From an uncultured Mycoplasma sp. (lineage in GTDB: Bacteria; Bacillota_I; Bacilli_A; RF39; UBA660): a DNA stretch of 64,000 nt. A model generated the notes under the pieces. That model saw only the letters and a list, made by a program, of their open reading frames with translations. It did not search any database and was not told the origin of the DNA. The DNA is taken from NCBI GenBank assembly GCA_945947035.1, contig CAMEXD010000001.1, positions 26,197 to 90,196 on the forward strand, in the 5' to 3' direction. A program made the translations under genes and the position numbers. Each line of letters begins with the position of its first letter. The stretch's first letter is position 1. Below, piece by piece: positions 39,563 through 48,870 of the stretch.

Positions 39563-40015
39563 ATGGAAATATATATTGTTAAAGAAAATGATACTTTAGA
39601 AGGTATTGCAAGTTACTATAATATTCCAGCATCAGAAATAATAAAAGCTAATAATTTGCAGTATCCTTATGAATTAAAAGTTAATCAACCTTTAAATATA
39701 CCAACTACAACATCTAATATATTTGATTATTATACTATTAAAAAAGGCGATACTTTATATAAAATTGCAAGTAGTAATAATATAAGTGTTAATAATTTAG
39801 CAGAGATAAATGGAATAGATCCTAATGATTATATTTATCCAGGACAAACAATACTTATACCAAAACCAGGTATCACAACTTATATAACAGGAATGGGTGA
39901 TACCTTATCTTCTGTATCAAGATTTTTTAATACAACACCACAAGAATTAATTTACAATAACAATAATATCTATTTACTTCCAGAACAATTAATAGTTTTT
40001 AGAAAACAAATGTAA
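39563..40015 (+). CDS. Triple LysM domain protein
   Basis: YIVKENDTL, YTIKKGDTLYKIA...IYPGQTILIP, GDTLSSVS; GGAGG RBS before ATG 39563. Confidence 0.9.
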   Translation: MEIYIVKENDTLEGIASYYNIPASEIIKANNLQYPYELKVNQPLNIPTTTSNIFDYYTIKKGDTLYKIASSNNISVNNLAEINGIDPNDYIYPGQTILIPKPGITTYITGMGDTLSSVSRFFNTTPQELIYNNNNIYLLPEQLIVFRKQM

Positions 40016-40079
40016 AAAATTATTAAAAACTAATGATAAATTAGTTTTTTTCTTGTATAATAAAATTTAGGTGATCGAA

Positions 40080-41363
40080 ATGATTTTACTTCCAGCGGAT
40101 AGTTATGTAGTTATTAATAAAAGTATTATAACAGAAATAGATAAAAAAATTTTAATAGATTTATATCAACCAATAATAGGTCATAATGCAATTTCTTTTT
40201 ACTATACACTATTAAATGATTTAGAAAAAAATAGTAAAACAGAAGGATTATATAATCATCATCATTTACTTAGTATAATGCAACTTTCACTTACTGATAT
40301 AAAAGTAGCTCGTGAAAAATTAGAAGCAGTAGGTCTTTTAAAAACTTATGTGAAAAAAGATCATATCAATAATTATATTTATGTACTTTATTCACCACTT
40401 TCTGCAAATGAATTTTTAAATCATCCTATTCTTAGTGTTGTATTATATAATAATGTTGGTAAAACTGAATTTATTAGAATAGTTGAAAATTATAAAACAC
40501 CACGAATTAATTTTAAAGATTATGAAGATATAACAACTAAATTTGATGATGTGTTTACAACAGTACCAGCAGCATCATTTATAGAAAATAAAGATTTAGT
40601 AAAAAGAAATATCAATAAAATTTCATTTAATAACACAATTGATATCGAACTTTTAATTAGTAATTTAAATGGAATTGTAAAAGAAAATGCTATTAATAAA
40701 GATTTAATAGATTTAATTTGTAATTTAAGTTATGTGTATAATTTAGATACTATGACAATTGGAGATTTAATAAAAGCTAATGTCAAAGAAAATGGTGCAA
40801 TAGATAAAGATGCTTTAAGAAAAAGCTGTAGAAATTATTATCAATTTGAAAATAATAGTAATCTTCCAACTTTAATATATAGAAAACAACCTGATTATTT
40901 AAAAACACCAAGTGGAGATACTAGTAAAAAAGCTATGATGATTTATACATTTGAAAATGCTAATCCATATCAATTTTTAAAAAGTAAATATAAAGATGGT
41001 AAAGTAGTTGAAAGAGATCTAAGACTTTTAGAATCACTTTTAGTAGATTTAAAATTAACCCCAGGAGTTGTTAATGTTTTAATCGATTATGTTTTAAAAG
41101 TAAACAATCAAAGATTAAATAAAAATTATATAGAAACAATTGCTTCACAGTGGAAACGACTTGGCATTGAAACAGTTGAAGAAGCTATGAAAGCCTGCAA
41201 AAAAGAGCATAAAAATTTATTAAAATTAAAATCAGATCCTAAACTAATAGAAAAAGTAAAAGAAGCAAAAGTACCAGAATGGTTTGATAAAAATATTGAA
41301 AAACAAGAAGTTACCGAAGAGGAACAAAATAAATTAAAAGAATTACTTAAAAATTACTCATAA
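40080..41363 (+). CDS. dnaB: Helicase loader / replication initiation protein DnaB (Bacillus type)
   Basis: LYQPIIG, AREKLEAVGLLKTY, GVVNVLIDY, IASQWKR, VPEWF. Confidence 0.9.
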   Translation: MILLPADSYVVINKSIITEIDKKILIDLYQPIIGHNAISFYYTLLNDLEKNSKTEGLYNHHHLLSIMQLSLTDIKVAREKLEAVGLLKTYVKKDHINNYIYVLYSPLSANEFLNHPILSVVLYNNVGKTEFIRIVENYKTPRINFKDYEDITTKFDDVFTTVPAASFIENKDLVKRNINKISFNNTIDIELLISNLNGIVKENAINKDLIDLICNLSYVYNLDTMTIGDLIKANVKENGAIDKDALRKSCRNYYQFENNSNLPTLIYRKQPDYLKTPSGDTSKKAMMIYTFENANPYQFLKSKYKDGKVVERDLRLLESLLVDLKLTPGVVNVLIDYVLKVNNQRLNKNYIETIASQWKRLGIETVEEAMKACKKEHKNLLKLKSDPKLIEKVKEAKVPEWFDKNIEKQEVTEEEQNKLKELLKNYS

Positions 41364-41364
41364 A

Positions 41365-41391
41365 AATAACGCTTAAATTTAAGCGTTATTT
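41365..41391. terminator. Bidirectional terminator
   Basis: AAATAACGCTTAAATTTAAGCGTTATTT palindrome between convergent genes. Confidence 0.75.
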
Positions 41392-41805
41392 ACATTCATA
41401 ACCATTATTTTCTAGATAATTAGTATTACTTATTTTATCACTATAAATAATTGGAAGATCAAAATCTGTTGAGATATCGTATAAACTATAATCAACATTA
41501 ATATCTAATACAATTTTATTTTGACGATCTTTTTTACTTAATTTAAAATCCAACCCGTTAATTCCAATATATTTATTAAAATAATCTTCTTCATCTAAAT
41601 AATCAATTTCAATTAAAGCATCACCTTCAGCATAGGTTAAAGTTTTTTTATAATTTAAAGTAATAGGTCGGTTGTCTTTAAAATTTACTTTTACTTTACT
41701 TATTTCGTTGTCTGTTTTTTTAGTACAAGTTAATTTATTACTACAACCACATAGAAGTAAGACTATTAATAATAAAAATATAGATTTTTTCTTCACTAGT
41801 ATCAC
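41386..41805 (-). CDS. Lipoprotein, unknown function
   Basis: Lipobox LLCGC; second Cys in KLTCT and terminal GYECK. Confidence 0.75.
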   Translation of the reverse strand: MILVKKKSIFLLLIVLLLCGCSNKLTCTKKTDNEISKVKVNFKDNRPITLNYKKTLTYAEGDALIEIDYLDEEDYFNKYIGINGLDFKLSKKDRQNKIVLDINVDYSLYDISTDFDLPIIYSDKISNTNYLENNGYECK

Positions 41806-41891
41806 ATCCTATTATAATTTTATCTTAAATAATAAAAAAAAGCAATCAAATATATATAAATATGTTATTATATATAAAAGAGGTGATTATC

Positions 41892-42203
41892 TTGGATATT
41901 AAAAATTTTTCAAAAAATGATGAAGAGTTTATTTGCAATAATTGTAAAAAGTTTGTGAAAAAACTTTCTTATACATCAAGAGATCATTGTCCTTATTGTT
42001 TACATTCTATCCATATTGATAATAATCCAGGAGATAGAAGTTGTACTTGTTTAGGAGATTTAGTACCAATTGGTGTTGAAAAATCTAAAAACGGATTATA
42101 TAAAATAATTTATAAATGTGATAAGTGTAAAGTAATTAAAAAAAACATTCAAGCAGTTGATGATGATATAAATGAAATAATAAAAATAAGTGTGGTGAAA
42201 TAA
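41892..42203 (+). CDS. RNHCP domain Zn-ribbon protein
   Basis: CNNC, RDHCPYCLHSIHID..PGDR, CDKC. Confidence 0.9.
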   Translation: MDIKNFSKNDEEFICNNCKKFVKKLSYTSRDHCPYCLHSIHIDNNPGDRSCTCLGDLVPIGVEKSKNGLYKIIYKCDKCKVIKKNIQAVDDDINEIIKISVVK

Positions 42204-42205
42204 AA

Positions 42206-43120
42206 ATGAAAAAAGTAAGTGAATTAGTAAATAATAAAAAATATGATTTATTAAAAGAATTCAATCAAGAAAAAAAGAATGAAGATTTTAAAAATTTTGT
42301 TGATAAAATAAATTTGCCTGATAAAGAACTTTGTAAAACAACATCTAAATTAAAAGATTCTTTATGTGAATTTAATCATTGTATAGATTGTAAAGGACTT
42401 GCTTTTTGTAAAAATGAAGTAAAAGGTTATAGATATTTTTATGAAATAATAAATGATAAATTAAATTTTTTATATACTCCATGTAAGTTTAAAGAAAACG
42501 AAGAAGAACAAAACAAATATAGTAAAAATATAGAATTATATAATATTTCAAGTAGTCTAAAAAATGCAAAAGTAAAAGATATTTATACAGACGATAAATC
42601 AAGAATAGAAATTATTTTATATATTAATGATTATATAAGTAGCTTTTTTAAAGATAGAAAAAAAGGAGTTTATCTAACAGGAAATTTTGGAAGTGGTAAA
42701 ACTTATCTTATTGCATCACTTTTTAATGAACTTGCTAAAAAAGATGTTAGATGTGCAATTTGTTATTTTCCTGAATTTTTAAGAACTTTAAAAGAATCAT
42801 TTAAAGAAATGGAAGATGGATTAAGTTATTCTGATAAATTTAATTATATTAAAAAAGTGCCTTTACTTTTAATTGATGATATAGGTGCAGAAAATCTATC
42901 AACTTGGGCTAGGGATGAAATTTTAGGAACATTACTTCAATATCGTATGGAAGAAAATCTACCAACATTTTTTACATCTAACCTAACTTTAGAAGAATTA
43001 GAAAGTCACTTAGCTATGACTGGCAGTAAAGTTGATAAAGTAAAAGCAAGAAGAATCATAGAAAGAATAAAATATTTAACAAACGAAATGACTTTAATTG
43101 GAATAGATAGAAGAAAATAA
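42206..43120 (+). CDS. dnaI: Primosomal protein DnaI
   Basis: N-terminal Cys cluster, GNFGSGKT, DDIGAE, RDEILG, FTSN. Confidence 0.92.
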   Translation: MKKVSELVNNKKYDLLKEFNQEKKNEDFKNFVDKINLPDKELCKTTSKLKDSLCEFNHCIDCKGLAFCKNEVKGYRYFYEIINDKLNFLYTPCKFKENEEEQNKYSKNIELYNISSSLKNAKVKDIYTDDKSRIEIILYINDYISSFFKDRKKGVYLTGNFGSGKTYLIASLFNELAKKDVRCAICYFPEFLRTLKESFKEMEDGLSYSDKFNYIKKVPLLLIDDIGAENLSTWARDEILGTLLQYRMEENLPTFFTSNLTLEELESHLAMTGSKVDKVKARRIIERIKYLTNEMTLIGIDRRK

Positions 43121-43126
43121 AAAAGT

Positions 43127-44047
43127 TCAATTTTGAACTTTTTTTCCTTGATAAGAATCTCTTCTTACCATTTCTTTATCGATATCATTTAAAACAGTAA
43201 ACTTTTTAACAAGCCAAGAAGGTTCTACTAAATCAGAAACTTTAGGATCTCCAGTTATACGATTAATAACAATCTCTGGTCTTAAAAGCTCAAGTTCATT
43301 AACTACAATATCAACATATTCACATTTTTCTAACACATGGAATTTAGTTTCATTATATAATTTTTCAAGTTCTGTATCTTTTAAAATGTGAAGCATATGG
43401 ATTTTTATACCAAAAATATCTTTACTATTTAAGTATTTTACTGTTTCTAACATATCATCTTTTGTTTCAAAAGGAAGACCATTTATAATATGAACAACAA
43501 CTTTTATATTGTTTTTTATAAGCAAATCAAGAGTTTTATCAAATTCTTCTTTGGTATAACAAGTATTAAGAAGTTTAAGAGTTTTATTATTACTTGTTTG
43601 AAGTCCAAGTTCAACTACTAAATCAGTTTTATTATTTAAATCTTTTAAAATCTCTAAAACATCATCATTAATACAATCACATCTAGTTGCAATATTAATT
43701 CCTAAGACATTTTCATAAGTAAGTACTTCATAAAAATTCTTCTTTAAATTTTCAATATCTCCATAGGTGTTACTATTAGCCTGGAAATAAGCAATATATT
43801 TTGCATTGGGCCATTTTTTATGAAGAATAGATTTGTTTAATTCAAATTGTTCTTTTAAAGGCATAAATCTATTTTCACCGCTTCCATTTTTACAATAAAT
43901 ACAACCTTTAAAACCTTTTGTTCCATCAATATTTGGACAACTGCAATTTTGATTTAGTGTAATTTTAAATATCTTAGAATTATACTTATTTTTATAATAA
44001 TAATCTAGAGTATGATATCTTTTATTAGAATTTGAATACTTAAACAT
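43127..44047 (-). CDS. TIGR01212-type radical SAM protein (YhcC/YtqA-like)
   Basis: CPNIDGTKGFKGCIYC, YFQANSNTY, ELGLQT, GIKIHMLH, RITGD. Confidence 0.9.
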   Translation of the reverse strand: MFKYSNSNKRYHTLDYYYKNKYNSKIFKITLNQNCSCPNIDGTKGFKGCIYCKNGSGENRFMPLKEQFELNKSILHKKWPNAKYIAYFQANSNTYGDIENLKKNFYEVLTYENVLGINIATRCDCINDDVLEILKDLNNKTDLVVELGLQTSNNKTLKLLNTCYTKEEFDKTLDLLIKNNIKVVVHIINGLPFETKDDMLETVKYLNSKDIFGIKIHMLHILKDTELEKLYNETKFHVLEKCEYVDIVVNELELLRPEIVINRITGDPKVSDLVEPSWLVKKFTVLNDIDKEMVRRDSYQGKKVQN

Positions 44048-44192
44048 AAAAATCACCTTTTTGTATTATATAACAAAAATTCTTAAATTTCAAAATCTAG
44101 ATAAAAATAGTATTTACTAAATTCTTTCTTTTTGTTATAATTTATATGAGAATAGACGTATGTCTTTTTGTGATGTGAAAGGAAATGATAAT

Positions 44193-46034
44193 ATGAAAAA
44201 AAGTTTTACTTATTTTATGACTTTATTTATGTTTTTATTTGGAATAACAAATGTATTTGCAGTTGATATCAAAAATAATGGTGTAGTTCCAGGATTTGAT
44301 GTTAATACTAATCCTTATTCCTGTAACGGAGTAAATAAAGGTGTATATGACTTAACTGATGAAAATAATCGTACGTATTATTCATCTTTGTGTAGCGTTG
44401 ATTTTCCTTGTATTAATGGAAATGATGCTTGTAGCAATATTATTCCTTATACAGAAACTAATACTTGCTATATAACATGTGATAATTATACTAATATGGC
44501 TAATATGGGAACAAATCAACATAATATTTGGAATAAAATAAGCTCTTATCCAACAATTTATTGTAGTAATGGAAGCACCGATACAGATAAACTTAATGAA
44601 ATATCACATAATTTAATAGATAATGGTGTATGTAATGCAAATGATACTTTTTATGCTTTATATGAATATTCAAATGGTTCAAGTAAAGTTGTAGCTGTTA
44701 ATGATGTTGGAAATTGTGAACCAACAATATCAGTTACTAAAGTTTGTAAAGGTTTTAATAGTGGAAAATTCACAGTAAAAATAGGAAATGAAACTAAAGA
44801 AGTATCTTGTGGTGAAACAAGTGAATCAGTAATTGTTACTGCTGATACACCTATTGTTATTGAAGAATTAAATAGTTCTGGTTATTTAGTTTATATAAGT
44901 GATAATGTTAATAATGGCACAATAACTCTTAAACAAGGAGTAAGTGTACCAATTACTATAATTAATGCATTAGCTAAAGTAAATTTAACAAAATTAAATG
45001 CAGTAAATAATGCTCCAATGTCTGGCATGAAATTTACTTTAGAAAAAAAAGTTAATGGGGAATGGGTAAAAGCTACTAAAATTGATGGAACTCAGTTTGA
45101 AAATTTAACAACTGATAACAATGGTAAATTAACATTTACAGAAGTTCCTGAAGGAGAATACAGATTAGTAGAAGTTGAGAATGCTACTGGTAATTATGTT
45201 GCAGCTGATCCTTATGAATTTAAAATTAATAAAGGTACAGTAGATGAAAATTTTGCTCAAAATATAACTTTAAAAAACAATCCATTTGAAATAAAAATCA
45301 TTAAAGTTGATGAAAATGGTAATACCTTAGGTGATGCTGTATTTATGATTGAAAAACAAAATGAAAATGGAGAATTTGAAACTGTTTCTGAGCCAACAAT
45401 AGATAAAAATGGAAGTACAATATTTCTTGAAAAAAATGGTGTTTATAAAATTACAGAACAACAATCACCATTAGGATATGATATTTTAAGTGCACCATTT
45501 ATCGTAAAAATAGTAAATGGAAAACTTACATTAGAAGAAGGAGATTTAAATTATATTTCTATTTTACAAGAAAGTGGTATTTATACACTAAAAATAATAA
45601 ATGATAAATCTAAGGTAAAAATATATAAAAGAGATAGCGCAACAGCAAGTATTTTAGCAGGTGCAAAAATGGTACTTACAAAAAAAGATGGTACTTTAGT
45701 TGCTAACTTTACAACTGAAAAAGATTCATCATTTGCTATAGAACTTGAACCAGGATCATATATTTTATATGAAGATACTGCACCTAAAAACTATGAAAAA
45801 TTAAAGGTAAAATTTGAATTCGTAGTAAAAGAAGATGGAACAATTGGAGCAGTTACTTCTAATTCTGCTTTTGAAATTATTGGTATGAATATAAATGTTT
45901 ACAATGTAAAACCTACAAAAGTTCCAAATACTGGTGTTGCTTTAAATATTTGTTTAATTATAGGTGGAGTTGCTTTAATAGGTTTTGGAGGATATTTAGT
46001 ATATAATAATGTTAAAAAAAGAAAAAATATCTAA
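44193..46034 (+). CDS. SpaA-type isopeptide pilin/adhesin with VPNTG sorting signal
   Basis: Signal peptide; Cys-rich N-domain; three CnaB-like units with YxLxE E-boxes; VPNTG, TM, KKRK. Confidence 0.85.
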   Translation: MKKSFTYFMTLFMFLFGITNVFAVDIKNNGVVPGFDVNTNPYSCNGVNKGVYDLTDENNRTYYSSLCSVDFPCINGNDACSNIIPYTETNTCYITCDNYTNMANMGTNQHNIWNKISSYPTIYCSNGSTDTDKLNEISHNLIDNGVCNANDTFYALYEYSNGSSKVVAVNDVGNCEPTISVTKVCKGFNSGKFTVKIGNETKEVSCGETSESVIVTADTPIVIEELNSSGYLVYISDNVNNGTITLKQGVSVPITIINALAKVNLTKLNAVNNAPMSGMKFTLEKKVNGEWVKATKIDGTQFENLTTDNNGKLTFTEVPEGEYRLVEVENATGNYVAADPYEFKINKGTVDENFAQNITLKNNPFEIKIIKVDENGNTLGDAVFMIEKQNENGEFETVSEPTIDKNGSTIFLEKNGVYKITEQQSPLGYDILSAPFIVKIVNGKLTLEEGDLNYISILQESGIYTLKIINDKSKVKIYKRDSATASILAGAKMVLTKKDGTLVANFTTEKDSSFAIELEPGSYILYEDTAPKNYEKLKVKFEFVVKEDGTIGAVTSNSAFEIIGMNINVYNVKPTKVPNTGVALNICLIIGGVALIGFGGYLVYNNVKKRKNI

Positions 46035-46707
46035 CAAACAGATAATTCTTATTGCAGTACTTTGTATAATACTTGGTATAGCACTTTTGGGACATGATTA
46101 CTTTTTATCAAAAAAAAATAAAGTCTATGAGAAAATGAGTTTTGAATTATCAAGTATTCCTGATGAAATTGATGATAATACTTTAGATAATGATGAAGAA
46201 TTATCTGATGATGATGAAATAATTGATAATATATTAACAGATGAACCAATAAATAATAATGAGAATAAAGAACCAAACAAACCCATAACAATAACTTATG
46301 ATTATATTGGATACTTAGAAATACCTAAAATTAAGTTAAAAAAAGGATTTGTCGATATTAATTCTAAAGATAATAATGTTAATAAAAATGTTGCCATAAT
46401 GAAAGATTCTATCTACCCTGATGTTGATGGCAGTTTGATGGTTATGGCAGCTCATAATGGAACATGTTGGAATTGTTACTTTAAAAATTTAGAGAAGTTA
46501 TCAAATAACGATATTATCTATATTTATTATAATAATGTTAGATATACTTATAAATTAGTTAATATTTATGAAGTTAAAAAAACAGGAAAAGTTTCGATCT
46601 ATAGAAATTCACGTAAAACAACTTTAGCACTTGTAACATGTAAATGGGGAACAAAAGATACACAAGTTGTTTATATTGCTGAGCTTGATAACAAACAAAA
46701 TTTATAA
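46009..46707 (+). CDS. Sortase
   Basis: IGYLEIPKI, AAHN, LVTC; N-terminal TM; overlaps the pilin gene. Confidence 0.88.
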   Translation: MLKKEKISNKQIILIAVLCIILGIALLGHDYFLSKKNKVYEKMSFELSSIPDEIDDNTLDNDEELSDDDEIIDNILTDEPINNNENKEPNKPITITYDYIGYLEIPKIKLKKGFVDINSKDNNVNKNVAIMKDSIYPDVDGSLMVMAAHNGTCWNCYFKNLEKLSNNDIIYIYYNNVRYTYKLVNIYEVKKTGKVSIYRNSRKTTLALVTCKWGTKDTQVVYIAELDNKQNL

Positions 46708-46730
46708 TAAAAAGAAAAGGGTGAAATATA

Positions 46731-47468
46731 ATGGGTTATACATTTTTAGATAGAATAAAAATATTATTTAACTTAATTATATCTTCTCCCTTTTTTTTAT
46801 CAGTAGTAGTAATATTTTTACTTACTACTTTTGTCTTAGTATTATATAATAGAATAAAAAATAAAAAATTAAAATATGTAGTAGCTTTTGGATATCTTTT
46901 AATTGCAGTTCTTATTTTAATTAAATATGGAAAATCAATTATTAGTTTAAGTGATAATTTAGTAGATCAAGTTTTTTCTTTCTTATATTTTCCAAATATT
47001 ATTGCATATTTTTGTATGATAATTATTTCAATTCTTGTTTTAGTTGCAACTTTTATTAATAAAAAAACTAATTTTTTTACAAAAGCTTTAAATATTGTTT
47101 CCTTTGTTATTATTCTTATTTTATTTGTTTTAACACTTGATGTAATTGTAAAATATGATATTGATATATATACAAAAACGGAAGTATTTAGTAACGATAC
47201 TTTAGTAGTATTAATTCAAGCTAGTACTTTTATATTTGCTTTATGGGTATTTTTACTTCTTATAAATTATATTGTCAATAAAATAAATAATAAATTAGAT
47301 AAAAATACTTTCCATGAAATGGAAGAAAAAGTAGATAATAATGTACAAGTATTTGAAATACCTAATGAAATGACAGATGATTTTGAAAAAATGAGTGATG
47401 AAGAATTTTCTAAATTGGTAAAAGAAAATAAAAATAATTTATATAATGAAATATTTAAAATTAAATAA
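46731..47468 (+). CDS. Hypothetical multi-TM membrane protein
   Basis: About 5 TM helices, acidic tail. Confidence 0.7.
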   Translation: MGYTFLDRIKILFNLIISSPFFLSVVVIFLLTTFVLVLYNRIKNKKLKYVVAFGYLLIAVLILIKYGKSIISLSDNLVDQVFSFLYFPNIIAYFCMIIISILVLVATFINKKTNFFTKALNIVSFVIILILFVLTLDVIVKYDIDIYTKTEVFSNDTLVVLIQASTFIFALWVFLLLINYIVNKINNKLDKNTFHEMEEKVDNNVQVFEIPNEMTDDFEKMSDEEFSKLVKENKNNLYNEIFKIK

Positions 47469-47625
47469 ATAATAATTATAAGCAAGTATATTTTTTATAC
47501 TTGTATTTGCTTTTTTTGAATAAAAATTTAATGAAATAATAAAAAACTATTTGAAATATATATAATAAGCATAAAATTTTATTTTTCAGTTGACAAGTAA
47601 TATTATGTTAATAAGAAGGATAAAA

Positions 47626-47796
47626 ATGGAAAAAAAATATAAAAATTTAAAAGATAATAATTTAAAGAAAAAAATTCAAAAAATTATTGATAAATCTAAA
47701 GAACTTAATTTAATTAAACCACTTTCTTCGGCATTTGAAAATACATCTTGTGAAGTTGAAGAACATAAAGGAAAAAAACAATACCTTTGCAAATAG
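47626..47796 (+). CDS. Small protein, possible antitoxin
   Basis: AAGGA RBS; directly upstream of the PemK-like gene. Confidence 0.5.
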   Translation: MEKKYKNLKDNNLKKKIQKIIDKSKELNLIKPLSSAFENTSCEVEEHKGKKQYLCK

Positions 47797-47807
47797 AGAG
47801 GATAATT

Positions 47808-48168
47808 ATGAAAAAATATGAAATTGGAGATTATAGTTTTTGTTTCAAAGTATAGTTATGACAATGGAGAAGAAGGAAAAAATCATTTGTTTGTAATAAT
47901 AAGCGACGATAATAAATTAATGCCAATTGAATATTTTGGAATGTTAGTATCATCTCATATTGAAAAGATAAAATATAAAACAAACTCTTTTTTGGAAAAA
48001 AGTCAAAGAAATGGATTGAAGAAAAATAGTATTGTAAAATGCAATAATATTTATAAAATACCTACTAAAAATATTCAATTTAAAATAGGTCAGGTTGATA
48101 TAGATGATTATATGAAATTTATTAAAATTTATAGTGAAATTCTTGAAAATATGTCTGAAGTTGTTTAA
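47808..48168 (+). pseudogene. PemK/MazF-like toxin with +1 frameshift near the 5' end
   Basis: SD-preceded ATG 47808 gives MKKYEIGD; removing one T at 47831 continues IVFVSKY...HLFVII...NGLKKNSIVKCNNI...KIGQV. Confidence 0.65.
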
Positions 48169-48579
48169 TTGTTTTCTATATCTTAACATAAAAAATGATG
48201 TGTTAACAAAATCAATTGTCCAATAAAGTAGCAGTTTGTATTGATAATAGATTTATTGGTAGTGTTATAAAAACGTTAAAATTGCAAAATAAATTTAATT
48301 TAAATGAAAATATAATTAGTGCTTATGGTATTAATATTTTAAAAAAAACACTTCATTAAGTGTATTAATCTTTTTAATAGTACAATATTATTTATGATAA
48401 ATAGTTATATTTTTAAACTATTTATAAATTAATTTATGATAAAAAAATTGTTTGAATATATTTTCTTGTAATAATGATATTGAAAATAATTAAAGTATTG
48501 GAGTTTTTTTCAATACTTTTTTTAATATTATTTGTTTCTATAACGATTTTATTATATAATATAAAAGACGGAGGATGTT

Positions 48580-48870
48580 ATGAATAGATTAAGTAAAGAA
48601 GAAGTATTACATGTAGCTAATTTAGCAAGATTAGAATTAACAGAAGAAGAAATAGATACATATGCAATAAAATTAAAAGAAATACTTGATGAAGTAGATA
48701 AAATAAAAGATATTGAAGTTTTATCTGATGAAGTTATGATAAGTCCCAATGAAAATATTTGTGTTTTATCAGATGACAAAGAAAAAGAAATGCTAACCAA
48801 AGAAGAAATATTAAAAAATGCTCCAAAAAAATATGCAGATTATATTGAAGTAAGGGGTGTATTTGAATAA
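48580..48870 (+). CDS. gatC: Asp/Glu-tRNA amidotransferase subunit C
   Basis: HVANLARLEL, ILKNAP; gene order. Confidence 0.93.
   Translation: MNRLSKEEVLHVANLARLELTEEEIDTYAIKLKEILDEVDKIKDIEVLSDEVMISPNENICVLSDDKEKEMLTKEEILKNAPKKYADYIEVRGVFE

Noticed and set aside
48170-48560. T-box leader upstream of gatCAB
   Set aside because: A terminator-like hairpin exists at ~48492-48522 but there is no GGTGGNACC T-box motif; region looks like decayed coding DNA
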